Positions 47,760-60,548 of a stretch of 64,000 nt of DNA are shown here, piece by piece. Position 1 is the first letter of the stretch; each line of letters opens with the position of its first letter. Both the position numbers and the translations under genes were made by a program. The stretch is from Octopus bimaculoides (taxonomy: Eukaryota), in NCBI RefSeq assembly GCF_001194135.2, contig NC_068988.1, positions 77,688,124-77,752,123 of the forward strand, written 5' to 3'. The notes under the pieces are model-generated. The model ran no database searches, had not been told where the DNA came from, and saw only the letters and a list, made by a program, of their open reading frames with translations.

Positions 47760-50220
47760 AAGGTTGTGAAGGAAAGCAACTTGTTTTTTTCATCCCCCTT
47801 TAAATTTTAGGAAGGTCTTGTAGATTTTTATAGTCCCAGATATCATGATCTTTTATAGCATATGAATTAAGGTTTTGCATTCTCTCCCCAAAAACTCGAG
47901 TTCAGCCATACTTTGCTTCAGGCGGGTTGGTATGTATTCTGTTGCTTCAATAATAATATCTGAAAGTGTGCCTTGGGTACTGGATTTGCAATAGTCCTTA
48001 TCAATGGTCCATAGATGTCCTCTTTCTTTTGTATTTTTCTGACCACATTGGTGTCCAGAGGGCAGCTGATTTCCACAACAGAACGTATCTTTTCCTTGTG
48101 GTCCAACCTTAGTGGCTGTTTTAATTTCTAAGTTCTTCTAATATTCTTTTGACACATCTGTCTCAATACGGTCAACTTGATCTATAGGTGGTTTCTTGTT
48201 TGCTATCCTGTTCCAGACTGTTCTGGCTACTGCATCATGCCTTATGAGAAGATAATATCTAGAAGACATTCTCTCACAGTTGGCAATAATGTGGTTGATA
48301 TCTTCAGTCTTGGCCTTGCACAGCCTAGATTTGTTGTTTGTTAATGTTTTCTGCCTCTCGTGCTGTTGGTACTTGGTGTAGATATCTTGCATAGAGCTAC
48401 CTCCTTCAAGTGGGATGTCATAAACTCATCAGTACTCAATGTCAAAAGCTTTTTTTAATGAATGCTAAGAGACTCAGTTTGCTATTTATCACTCCTAAGG
48501 AACAAAGTGGTTTACTAAGTCTTGATCAGGCATTTAATTATGGTAGTAGGACTTTGGCTAACTATAAAACCTTGATAATCTACCCAAGTGGTATACTATC
48601 AAAATCATTCTGGTAGTCCAGCCACACTATGGTTAAGTTACAGTGAAATTTTATTGGGTTTTTTCTGGATCATTTTGTTTATTAGTGGCTGCTGCATACA
48701 ACCCCACACCTACTTCTTTTCCCCTGCTTCTCAGGAGTTATAATGTTGTTGGTGATAATGATTTTTGTAAGAACAGATTGAAGCAACCAGTGTACAATTT
48801 ATACATGATATTCTGGCAGGTTACTAGGTGGTAGTTTTAGCAAGGGTGGTTTGGCTATTTGGGGGAATGAGAGTAGTTGCAATTGATAACTAATTAGGCA
48901 GTTTAGGCAGTTCTTGTGTGCCCTTGATACTTTCTCCATGCAACCATATGAGATCTTGCTGAAGAGAGGTGAAATTCTTCAGCCAATAGCCTGTTATAAG
49001 ATGTGAATCTAGTGATATCCTGTTTGACATTTTCTGTAGAACTGTTTCCAGTACTTCACTGACTATTTCATATTGCTTTTGCTAGACATACTGGCAGTTG
49101 TCCTGCTCCAGTTTTTTTTTAGTCATGCAACTTGTTTGTTGAATTCATCAATTCTTTCCCATGCACATCTCAGGTAGCCTCCAGTCTTCACTTTTGTGGA
49201 GCTATGTTTTACAGAGATTAAGCCTTTTGCCTTGAAGCTGTGATAAACTGACTTGGGATATCTGACAAATAATTTATTGAGCATTTACTATTTCTATACT
49301 GTAGATTTATACTTTAGTTTTTCAGCTGTAGCTGTGAGTTTTCATTTCAGCTAGTGCAGATTGGAGTTTAGGTTTTTGAATTTTGATCACTAAATTGCCT
49401 CTCCTGTATTTTAATGAGGTCTTTCTGATACCATACGAAATTGTTCTCTGTGTTACATTTCATATCTACAACAATCTGAGAGATACTTTTATGTAGGAAT
49501 GAAATTTTACCTTTTAAATTACATGCCCATTCTAGTTCAGGTTTTCTACTTGAATCTTGATTGTGTGGCTTCAACTCTTTGTGATATGCTAATATTGTAA
49601 TAGCTGAAGACATTTATTAAAAAGTTAATGGTTTCATAGGTCGTTTTCATGACTCTGGACTGTGTAGTCTTCAAATATTTGTTTACAGTCTCATTTACTG
49701 CCTCTAATTATAATTTACTGGGTTCTTTACTTATACTGGTGTTGTAAGGACTGTCGTTCAAATCAAGGTTGTGGATATGTTGAAACTTATCATCCCAGAT
49801 CACTTGTAAGTCATCCACAAGTTTTTGGTGTTTTTCTGTTTGCACAATATAGGTATGGATTTCAGTTAAATTGTTGTTGTATTATTTACTGATAATTTTA
49901 GCTGACCATCTATCTATCAGTGAAAGTGGGATGATTGTCTTCCATGGCTGGCTTTATAGTTCCAACCGGAATTTCCATTAGATGTTTCAATTTACATCAA
50001 TTTAATGCTTGTTCATTTAGATGTTTTTAGCAAAAATATGATTCTGTATATTTGGAGTGCCACAAAACTGAACTCTTTGGTGTCAGGTTATATATATGCT
50101 TCATATAAATCTTTGTTGAGAGTGTAGGTTCATTTTATGCGGTGATTGTAGCCACAATTTGGTCGATAGAGATTTATGTATTTAGCCATGATGATTTTGT
50201 CTATTCTTATATTATGAACT
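47760..50220 (-). mobile_element. R4/Dong-like RLE non-LTR retrotransposon remnant with large internal deletions
   Basis: CCHC knuckle remnant SRLCKAKTEDINHIIANCERMSSRYYLLIRHDAVARTVW; RLE region VVEISCPLDTNVVRKIQKKEDIYGPL. Confidence 0.75.
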
Positions 50221-50229
50221 CTGTACCGC

Positions 50230-50892
50230 AAGAGTATGCCCTGGCACTTGCCACCATCTATCTCTCTCTTCTTTTACTTGTTCATCCCATATTCTGATCC
50301 CTGGCCCTTGTGGGTATGCCCAACATTTTGCCACCATCTCTCTCCTGCTGTCTCTCTCTCTCTCTCCCCTTTACCTGCTCTTCCCTCAGGTATCTCTTTT
50401 ACAGCAGCACACCCGTTTCTGTCCCCATTTTCTCTCCCTCCTCTCTCTCTCTGGACGGGTAACCATGTACCTCTCCTACAACAAGACACCTATTTCTGTC
50501 AATCTATCTCACTATTACCTTTCATCATCTGACACAAGATCTCCTCCTCCAATGCCCCCTCCCCTCTCAAAGGATCATTGTCTTACAAGTTACTTGGTGA
50601 CCCCGCCAGTGCTGGTGCCACTTAAAAAGCATCTAGTCCACACTGTAAAGTGGTTGGTGTTTGGAAGAATATCCAACTGTAAAAACCATACCAAAACTGA
50701 CCTTGCCTGTGCTTGTGCCACGTAAAAAGCACTCAGTCCATTCTGCTGGGTGGCTGGTGTTAGGAAGGGGATCCAACTGTAAAAACCCTGTTAAAACAAA
50801 TACAGAAGTCTGGGGCAGGTTCCTGCCTGGCCAGCTCCTGTCAAACCTTCCGTACCAGTATGGAAGGCAGAAGTTAAACGATGATGATGATT
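50230..50892 (+). mobile_element. RTE-type 3' tail (family 2)
   Basis: Same organisation as 4630-5110, ends gttaaac(GAT)n. Confidence 0.75.
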
Positions 50893-51130
50893 GATATTTG
50901 TATTTGTTTTTCAAAATAGATTATGATGTTCCTTAATAGTTATAACAAAGTTTTGTCAGAATGAAATTTAAAGTTGTCCACAGCTTGAGTAATCTTTCCT
51001 TTTGGGTTGCTTTTAATCCTACAATTGTATTTAAACATACATATTTAGCATTCTTATTTTCTTATTTTGTTTTTGTGAATTATTTTGAAATGTTACTTGG
51101 CTTCTTTCTTTATGCGTAATATTACAGTGA

Positions 51131-51350
51131 TGTAAACAATATGAGAGATCACTATGTGGATCCCTTGTATGCTAAAAATAGACATCAAACCGTCTTACCA
51201 CTAAATCTGTGTTCTCAACTTAGTTTATTTCTTTGCATTTGTCTAACTTGTAAACATCTAAGTTGAGAACACAGATTTAGTGGTAAGACGGTTTGTCGTC
51301 TATTTTTAGCGTACAAGAGATCCACATAGTGATCTCTCATATTGTTTATA
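51131..51350. repeat. Inverted repeat, ~91-bp arms with 4 mismatches, 34-nt spacer
   Basis: 51133-51223 versus 51258-51348. Confidence 0.9.
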
Positions 51351-52403
51351 TTTAAATAGAATTCACTGTCCTTGGACATTTTTAAGTATGCTGACACTAT
51401 TATTTAATAATATTAATTTCTACTCCTATTATTACAGTGATGTGTTTATATAAATATGATAAGCTGTATGCATTGTTTATATAGATATGTTGTAACACAT
51501 GTAATGTTTAAAACACTTATGTAGAAATATTTGTATGTAATCTTAATACACTTTGTAGCTCAACCTTTCCAATATTTGATATGTTGCCTTCGTATGTGCA
51601 GTAATTACAAGCATCTGAGTATCAGACTGACTACAGTGGTCACCATTATGTTATGCATATGTATATATATGTATGTATACACGTGTGTATGTTTGTATGT
51701 ATAAATGAATAGAGTATTCAGACTGGTCGCTAGTAAATCAAGACTTTATGAGTTAAAAGTGTTACCAGTATTTGTAAATATGTGGTTGAGTTGGTGCATT
51801 CATTGAACTGCATGCACCCAAGTGTGTGCATCTATTCACATTAATATTTCAGATGGAGAAATTCTGGAATCTCTTATAAATTTTCACATTGTTGGTAAAA
51901 GATTGGATTTGGAGAACCCACATTAATTTCTTTTGCTCTGTCTCCATGAAACTGAGTATTGCAAGGTTTTGGGGCAAATTTTATGTGAGTATTCATGTAT
52001 GCATGCATGTATATGAGTTTTGTGATTTGCTTAAAACATTCCAATAAGCCTATGTATGATAATTGCTTGCAAAAACTTGTGGGCAGTGAGTATGAGGAAT
52101 AAAGCAAAATACGTAAGGTGCGTGTCAATGAATGAAAAGAAAAAGCAAAAGGATAAATTGAGTTTTAACAATCCTTTTAAAATTTCAAGAAAAATTCCCT
52201 TTAAGAGAGAAGAAAGAAAACAATCAAAAGAATTTTGGGAAATGTTTTGTTACACATTCAAGTATATTGCATTCCATTATATTATCTTTTCTCTTTGATT
52301 TCATTCATTTGTATGATCTTACATTTTTTGTTTAACTCTTCGTCTGTATTGCTCAAAAGTTTTGCAAACATTTATCTCAGTGTGTGTAGAGATGTATGTG
52401 TAT

Positions 52404-52467
<64 letters not shown>

Positions 52468-53037
52468 CGTAGTGCACCAGGAGTAATGAAAGCATATATT
52501 TTAATAGAATAGTGGTGTATCATTAGTAAGAAATATTGGCTATGATACAACTATTATCTGAGTCATTGGGGAAAAAGTAGTTTGGTGAGTTGGTGACAGT
52601 TCTTGTGTGAGCTTGGCTGCATTCTGCTTGATGGTGGTAATAATTACTGTGTTGGTCTCTGCCGTGTATAATGGTATCTGTGCTGATAGCAGGGGCTGTA
52701 TCTGAATTGATATGTTCATAGTTGGTTTACCATGTCTCACTGTGCTATTTCTGTTGCCATGACCAGTGTTACTAAGACTGCAAGTAACACTATGACTACT
52801 GGTATCGTTGCCATGTTGAGCTGTGTACAATGATGTTCTGATTGAATGCTCCTGGTGCTTAGCAACAACAACATTAACAAATATTATGTAAATATTTTAT
52901 TGCTATTTACTGGTTTCAGTCATTGAGTTGTGGCCATATTAGAGCACTGGCTTGAAGGGCATACTTGCTAATATCAACTGCAGTACATTTTTATAAACAC
53001 AAAGATTTAATAAGATTTTACAAAATACCAAAAGTTA

Positions 53038-53185
53038 TTTGGTGCAACATTCTCAATTCAATATGACACTTTACTAATTTGGTGCAACATTCTACCAAGT
53101 CGGCATGTCATTCTACCAATTTAGTACAATAATCTACCAATTTGGTGTGACACCCTACCAACCAATTTTGCAGAGCACATACCAT
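53038..53185. repeat. Degenerate 21-bp minisatellite
   Basis: ctaccaa recurs at 53092, 53113, 53134, 53155. Confidence 0.7.
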
Positions 53186-53837
53186 TATTATATAATTAAA
53201 CCATATATTAATTAATTCAAATGGTAAAAAGTTTTAAAATGGGAGTTCTTTTCTTTGGACTAACATAAATCCTCCCACTTTAATTATTATTCAAATAGGA
53301 AAATTTCAAATAAAATAAATGTAATATTACTATATTACATTTGTTAAAAATTAAAACTGAATTATAGTTACTTTAATAATTTAGAAAATAAAATCATATA
53401 TATTTAATGACTATATTTGACCAAGTGACACAATTTCTGTGAAATATCTCCTCAACAAGACTATGTATAAACTGTGTACTATTGTTCAACAACAAACACA
53501 TCAAAAGAATCTTTAATAAAGCCTGTACATAAACAAGTCATTAAATTGATTTATAGACAGATGAAACTGGTGTTGTATACAATAAGAGGGTTTTTACTTT
53601 CACGAGAACATTGTAAGCTGTTAACGTTTAAGATAGAACTAAATAGTTTATAAACAACATTGATTTAATGGTGCTGAGTTGCATACATATAAGTACGTGT
53701 GTGTGTGTGTATACATACATACACACACACACTCACACAAACACATGTGTGCGGATATATTTACATTTGCATATGTATGTATATAAATGTATATATATAT
53801 ATATATATGCGTGTGTGTGTGCGTGTGTGTGTGTGTG

Positions 53838-53895
<58 letters not shown>

Positions 53896-53994
53896 CAAGT
53901 TATGTATAAAACAGTGAAACATTCAATTGAAAGATACTTAATACTTTTTGGCTGAGTTTAATATTTATAAACTTTTACTTGGAAATGGTTTACA

Positions 53995-55038
53995 GTTACA
54001 GTGGCTGCATGGTTAAGAAGGTTGTTTCCCAGGCTCAGTCATATGGTTTGCCATTTTGGGCAAATGACTTCAGTTATAGCTCCAAGCCAACCAAAGCTTT
54101 GTGAATAGATTTGGTAGATAGAAACTGAAAGAAGCCTGTTTATCATCATTATTGTCAACATTCAACATCTGTTTCCCACACAGGCATAGGTTGGATGGTT
54201 TGACAGGAACTGTAAGGCCAGGGGCTTTACCAGGTTCCATAATCTCTTTTGGCTTGATTTCTACAGCTGGATGCCCTTCTTAATGCCAACTACTTTATAG
54301 AGTGCACTGAGTGCTTTTTATGTGGTACCAACACTTGCATCAATGCTTTTTATGAGACAGTTTTAGGATCTCAATTCTGTTGTGGTGGGCAACAATGCGC
54401 CATGTGTGTATGTGTATGTGTATGGACTTGTAGGTATCCTTGCCTTGACATCAAGGGAAGATTGTAAATAATCAACACTGTCTAACAAATGATGTTGTTC
54501 CTTTCCAATCTTCCATGAAGACTATGTCTGACCAAGGAAAATTATTACCTTGCTTGGAAATAGGTGAAGGTGAGTGACAAGAAGAGCATCAAACTGTAGA
54601 AAACTTCATCATCAACCTGACTCATGCAAGCATGGAAAAGTAGATGTTAAGATGATGATGATGTGAGATACTAGTTTTGTGGCCTTGTGAGTGCTGGTAC
54701 CTTGTAAAAGCACCCATGCTGGCCCCACATGAAAGTGCCTATGCTGGCCCCACATGTGTGTGGCCACAGAAAAACACCTGTGCCAGTGCCATGTAAAAGT
54801 ACCCATACTGGTAAAAGCACCTGTGCCAGTACCACATAAAGGTACCCATGCTAGTGTCATTAAAAGCGTTCAGTACATTTTGTGATGTGGTTAGCATTAG
54901 GAAGGGTATCAAGCTGTAGGAACCATACCAAAACAGGCAAAATGTAGCCTGGGCAGCTTCCCAGTTAGCCAGCACCTGTCAAACTGTCTGACCCATGCCA
55001 GCATGGAGAACAGATGTTGAATGATGATGATGACGATA
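53995..55038. mobile_element. Mosaic of a SINE family 1 head (+, 53995-54135) and RTE-type tails (-, 54135-54330; +, 54660-55038)
   Basis: Each piece matches other copies in the window. Confidence 0.6.
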
Positions 55039-56089
55039 TATTAAAAACAGAAGACTGGGTTTTTTGGTATTGCTACAATTGTTTCATTAAAATTCTTTAT
55101 TGTGACATAAACATAATGCAGTCAAGTATGTAGTATGCTCAATATCCATATGCAACTCTCAACTCATCTGGCTGACCAAATAAACAAGTAAGCAGTGATC
55201 TGTTGATTAATCAACAGATCATCAACACGTGAAATTTTTAATCAGAATTACCAACATTTCAGAAATGTAAATTAGGTGGGACTACACAGTGTCCAACAGC
55301 AAGAGTGGATAGTGAAGTGAGATTGTAAAGAATAGTTAAAGTCATTTCAACTCTAAAGATATGACTAAACTTAGCAACCTCATTCATAAATGTTAGTAGT
55401 GGCATATACTGGCAGATTGCAGGTACCAAACGTGACATTTGACACAATTGAAACATGTTCAAAAAACAGCTGCTGACATGGCTCAAAAAAAATATCTACA
55501 GTGTTTTATTGTTGTGAAATTAACTTCATTAAAGAGTGGATGGCTAATAAATTCCAGCATTGCTTATTCATTCACTCAATTAGTTTTGATAAAAATGCTC
55601 TGATTAATTATTCCTGAACTAATAGAATATTAGTTTTAATTAATGATGATCCAGCTAATTATTATTCAGAGAGAATAACTTAAGAAAAACCAAGGATTAG
55701 TGAAATTCTTTGTGGAAATTCAGAGGGGAGAGAGGGAAAAGAAGGATAAGGAGAAAAAGGAAAAGAAATGATAGAAATAGATTGGGAGCAATGAAATAGA
55801 GAGAGTGGTGAACACATTGATAGGAAGATGGTATTAGCATAAACAAATAAGTGCCTGACCCAGACGGATGATAGTAGTATAGGCACTAATCAGTATCAAC
55901 TTAAAGATATAAATTCATAAATTTGAAAATTTATGTTAGTTTAAATACTGAAATTTATGTTAGTTTAAATACTGAAATTTATAGATTTCAGTTATTTAGC
56001 TGTCTAATGAATTTGTGGCATGCTTCACTAAGATATGCCTCAGTTCTTTATACACACCCTGTAATCGAAGATCTGTGTGTGTGTGTGTG

Positions 56090-56400
56090 TGATGATCATC
56101 ATCATTATCATCATCGTTATCATCATCTATTGTCTTTTTTCCATGCTGGCATGGATTGGACATTTTTACAGGAGAAGAAAAGCTAGAAGCCAGCACCCAG
56201 CTTCACCGTTTTAGCATGGTTTTTATGATTGGATGCCCTTCCTAATGCCAACCACATTACAAAGTATGCTGGGTGCTTTTTATGTAGTCACCAAGTAACA
56301 CGCAAGACAAAAATTCTTTAAGAGGAGGGTTACTGAAAGAGGTGGCCTTGTGCTAGGTGATGAGGGGTTAGAGTATGACAGATGGACAGAAGTAGATGTG
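56090..56400 (-). mobile_element. RTE-type 3' tail (family 2)
   Basis: (ATC)n then ccatgctggcatgg..ggatgcccttcctaatgcca..gtcaccaagtaac. Confidence 0.65.
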
Positions 56401-56532
56401 TTGCAGAGGAGATACACACATGCATGCATGCACATACACACACACATATATATATATATATACATGCACAAACACACACACGCACGCGTGCATATACATA
56501 TATGTGATATAAATAAATGCAGACATACCTAT

Positions 56533-56612
<80 letters not shown>

Positions 56613-56909
56613 GGGTATGATTGACAGAATCATTAGACCCTCAGAAAGAATGTTATGCAGTATTTATTCAAATTCTTTACATTCTGAGAACAAATATTGC
56701 TGAGTTCAACTTTCATCTCATCTCGTGTTGATAAAATAAACTACTGATCAAGTGTTATGGCTGATAGTATCTACTAATACACTCCTTTCAGTATTGCTGG
56801 CCTTGTACCTAAATTTGATACCATAAAGTAAAAATGAAAAAGTAAACTATTTGGCATCACTTGATAAAGACATTTAATTTCGATTTACATAGAGGATGTA
56901 GATATACAG

Positions 56910-56990
56910 TCTCTTACAGCTGTTTCTAGAACAGCCATGCGTGTGACTTATCATATTGAGTAAGGATTTTGTATTCCATCCTCAGAGAAA
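56910..56990 (-). ncRNA. Type I hammerhead ribozyme motif (family B variant), core intact
   Basis: Helix I UUUCU/AGAGA; CUGAGGA; 7-bp helix II UGGAAUA/UGUUCUA with 38-nt loop; GAAA; palindromic ACAGCUGU; GUA triplet. Confidence 0.7.
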
Positions 56991-57328
56991 GACGTCAAAG
57001 AGATATAAAAGCAAGGGAATATCCCCAGTCAAAGATATTAATGTATTCCATTTTGTCAAGAATGGGAAAAGGAATAAAGTAGAATAGGAATGCATTAGGT
57101 AGGTCCATGATCAAATGAAAATCTAGTTATAGGTAATGTCCATTCACAGTTTAAAATGAGAATGTTTGATGACAATTCATGGCAAGAAACAGTGGAAGTT
57201 ATCAGTTCCAATTTCGAATGCGTGTGAGTGTGTGTGTGTGTGTGCGTGTGTGTGTGTGTGTGTGTGTCTGTGTGTGTTTGTGCAGGGGATTTAAATCCAA
57301 ATTGAGGGAATGGAGCAGGTAAAATCCA

Positions 57329-57393
57329 GGCTACATGTTTCCTGGCTAGGAGATTACTCAATGAGGTATACTCCTCAAGCAACTCATCAGGCC
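57329..57393 (-). ncRNA. Hammerhead-like motif (family D)
   Basis: GGC-CUGAUGA..GAAA-CAUG-UA-GCC with palindromic ACAUGU; helix II irregular. Confidence 0.5.
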
Positions 57394-57974
57394 GAAGATA
57401 CTTTAGTTATATGAAGGTTAGATTGTCATTACAGAATTCCAAGCTAACTTGCTGGACATATACTTTAAAATTTATTCACGTTCATAGCAACCCTAGTTGC
57501 TAACCATTAACTATAAAATATTTTTTCCAGCTTATAACCTTCAACTTCAATAAACTATTACTGTTCCTAAAAGTGTCTTCATATACCTATCAAAGACTGC
57601 TCAAAGCTTACTAACTTTCTGCACCTAGATCCTTAGATCTTACAATTACATGAATATATATTTATATATATATATATATAAGAAAACAAAAAATGGAACA
57701 AGAACGTAACAGGTAACAACAAAACATCTGGACAGTTAGATGAAACAAAAAAATCACGATGGTTTATTCAAAGCTTTCTATCCTCAGTCGAGTACCAGAT
57801 CACCATTGCAACTTTGGCTAGTTACACTCGAGACTGCTCCAATCTGGCCAGACACAAGAAAATCTAAGCTAAGAGCACTAGACTCCTTGGAAGAAAGCAA
57901 GTGAATGTACAGGAAAACAAGGACAAAGTAAAAACAGAGAAATGGTAGTAATATATATATATATGTAATATATA

Positions 57975-59277
57975 TTGGGTTGGCAACTAAGTTCCCACCG
58001 TTTTTTTAAGTTAAAATTTTTTAAAAGGTTTAATAAAAAGTAACAACTAATTAATCAATAATGTATTCACCCTTGTTGTTTACAACTTCTTCCCAACGTC
58101 CAACAAGATTTTCAATACCTCGTTGGTAGAAATCACCCGATTTTGACTCGAAAAATTGATTCAACAAAGCTCTCAATTCTGCAACATTATTGAACGAAAC
58201 TCCACGCATAGCATTTGAAAGAGATCGAAATAGGTGGAAATCCATTGGTGCCAAATCAGGAGAGTATGGCAGGTGTGTCAGCACTTCCCAGCCATGCATT
58301 TGAATGGCTTCCTTGATCATATTGGTGATATGAGGTTGGGCGTTGTCGTGCAGCAGAAGAACTCCATGCTGATGATTAGGTTTTTTTCTCTTGAATAACC
58401 ATGTTGGGTTATTCCATCTGTTGAACATAGAGTACTGCCTTGACTGTTTGGTTCCATTCAAACAATTCATAATGGATAATCCCTTCCCAGTCTCATCATT
58501 TTACGCGGATGAACATCTTGTTTTACGCGGATGAACAGCTTGTTTCACGTGCGATGTCGCTTGTTTACTGGAGCTAAGCCATTCCTTATGCTGCTTCATA
58601 TTGATGTACAGGCACCATTTTTCATCGCCAGTAACGATTCGGTAAAGAAATCATTGCTTGTGTCCATGAGTTGAGCGGTGATGAGCAAGAAAACCAGCGA
58701 AGATTGTGGCTCGTTGATTTTTGTTGTTGTCACTTAAAGCATGCAGAACCCATGCTCCATACTTCTGAACCTTTCCCATCGAGTGAAGATGCTTCTCTAT
58801 AGCAATGTGGGAGCATTCCATTTTCTCTGCCAGTCCCCTTGTTGTTTGACGAGAATTTTCGTGCAAAAGTTGGTTTAATCACTCTTCATCGAACTCAACT
58901 GGACGGGCCAGAACGAGGTGTGTCTTTGAGGTAAAAATTTCAATTTTTGAACTTGGCATTCAGCTATGGCACCCTCTCCATACACAGCACAAATGTCGTG
59001 AGCAGCTTTTGCANNNNNNNNNNNNNNNNNNNNNNNNNNNNNNNNNNNNNNNNNNNNNNNNNAGAAGGAGGTGTCAATAATACTCGTTTTTCTTAACTTG
59101 ACATTCCATTTTAATGATCTGAAAATAAACAAAAATTAACTAAAATTAACTAGAAAAAAAAAAGATTCCAAAATGATTCAAAAATAGAATTCCTGAAAAA
59201 AATAGATTCCAAAATTTAAAAATGCAATAAATTCAAAAATTCAAAAAAACCCCGCAGGAACTTAGTTGCCAACCCAA
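57975..59277 (-). mobile_element. Near full-length mariner transposon (DD34D, cecropia/mellifera-like), disrupted ORF
   Basis: 21-bp perfect TIR ttgggttggcaactaagttcc, TA on both sides, 1303 bp; LLHDNAQPH..YSPDLAPMDFHLFRSL..WEEVVNNKGEYIID*. Confidence 0.95.
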
Positions 59278-59294
59278 TATATATGTATATATAC

Positions 59295-59330
<36 letters not shown>

Positions 59331-59481
59331 GTGTGTGTAAAATATATATATATATATATATATAATACATCTGCTTGTTGTTTACATACCTCAGGAGTGC
59401 CTCCGGATTTAAACATCCCCTGGTTGATTGGATACTTCAGACTACCCCTGAAATATTGAAGCAATCCTATCATATACCTAT

Positions 59482-59509
<28 letters not shown>

Positions 59510-59513
<4 letters not shown>

Positions 59514-60548
59514 CACTAAAGTGAACAAGGGCACTAATCAGCCTCAGTATTGCTAGAAATGAGAGTCAAAACAACTCAATAGCCAAACGGAAGATGGAAA
59601 CATATCACCTGTATCAAAGCATAATAAGCATTCTAAATGCTCTGAAATCATCAGGACATCTGAATTTATCCAGTAAGTTCAACAATCCCAGAAAGTCCAT
59701 GAGATTAATTGCAAAAGATCTCCATGTGTCAGAAGGAACAGTCAGAAAGATAGAAGTCTTATATGATGAGGAAAGGTCAATTTGTCAGAAAAAGCAAATG
59801 AAAATCACTATATCAGATTTAAATGGCTCTTAAACAAACTGAAAAATCTGGCAGAAGAAGATTTGATCTGGTTTTCCTCAAATGAGAAAAATTTCGATCA
59901 AGATCAAAAAGTTAACTGAAGAAATGACAGGTGCTTATGTGCAGACCCTTCTGAAGTTTCAAGTGTTATGCATACAAAATTTCCTGCAACTGTCATGGTT
60001 TTAGGGGTTATCAGCAATGAAGGATATGTGATGCTGCCTTACTTCTTTCCGCAAGGCCTTAGAGTTAACTTTGCTGCCTACATTGAGGTCCTGGAAATAA
60101 TTGTTAAGCTCTGGATAGACGATGTATGCAATGGAAGACCATATGTGTTTCAGTAAAACACTGCACTTTTGCAAATGGCTCTAGTAACACGGGACTGGAT
60201 GGCTGAAAATTTTCATGATCACATAACCCCTAACATTTTGCCTCCTACCTCCCCAGATCTCTAAAATCCATTGGACTATTACATGTGAAGCATTGTTGAG
60301 AGAGAGGTCAATGAAAACACCCATAGCACCACAGATTCTTTGAAAGCTGCCATAGTCAGACTAATGTCCAAAATGAACCAGGACCACTTGACTGGAGCAT
60401 GGAGATGACTTAGATCTCATACAGAAGCAGTTGCTGAAGCTGAAAGTAGCTATACTGAATAACATACAAAATAAATTTATTATCTATTATCATATATCTG
60501 TTCTTTTACAAACATAAATCTGTCCTCAAATATCTTACATACCCTGTA
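59510..60548 (+). mobile_element. Decayed maT (DD37D) transposon, 5' end missing
   Basis: TKFPATVMVLGVISNEG..FFPQGLRVN..GRPYVFQ..PPTSPDL*NPLDYY; right end cttacataccctgta. Confidence 0.8.

Noticed and set aside
57760-57800. Minus-strand CUGAGGA motif
   Set aside because: No proper helix II, GAAA and helix III arrangement follows, so it was not counted as a hammerhead
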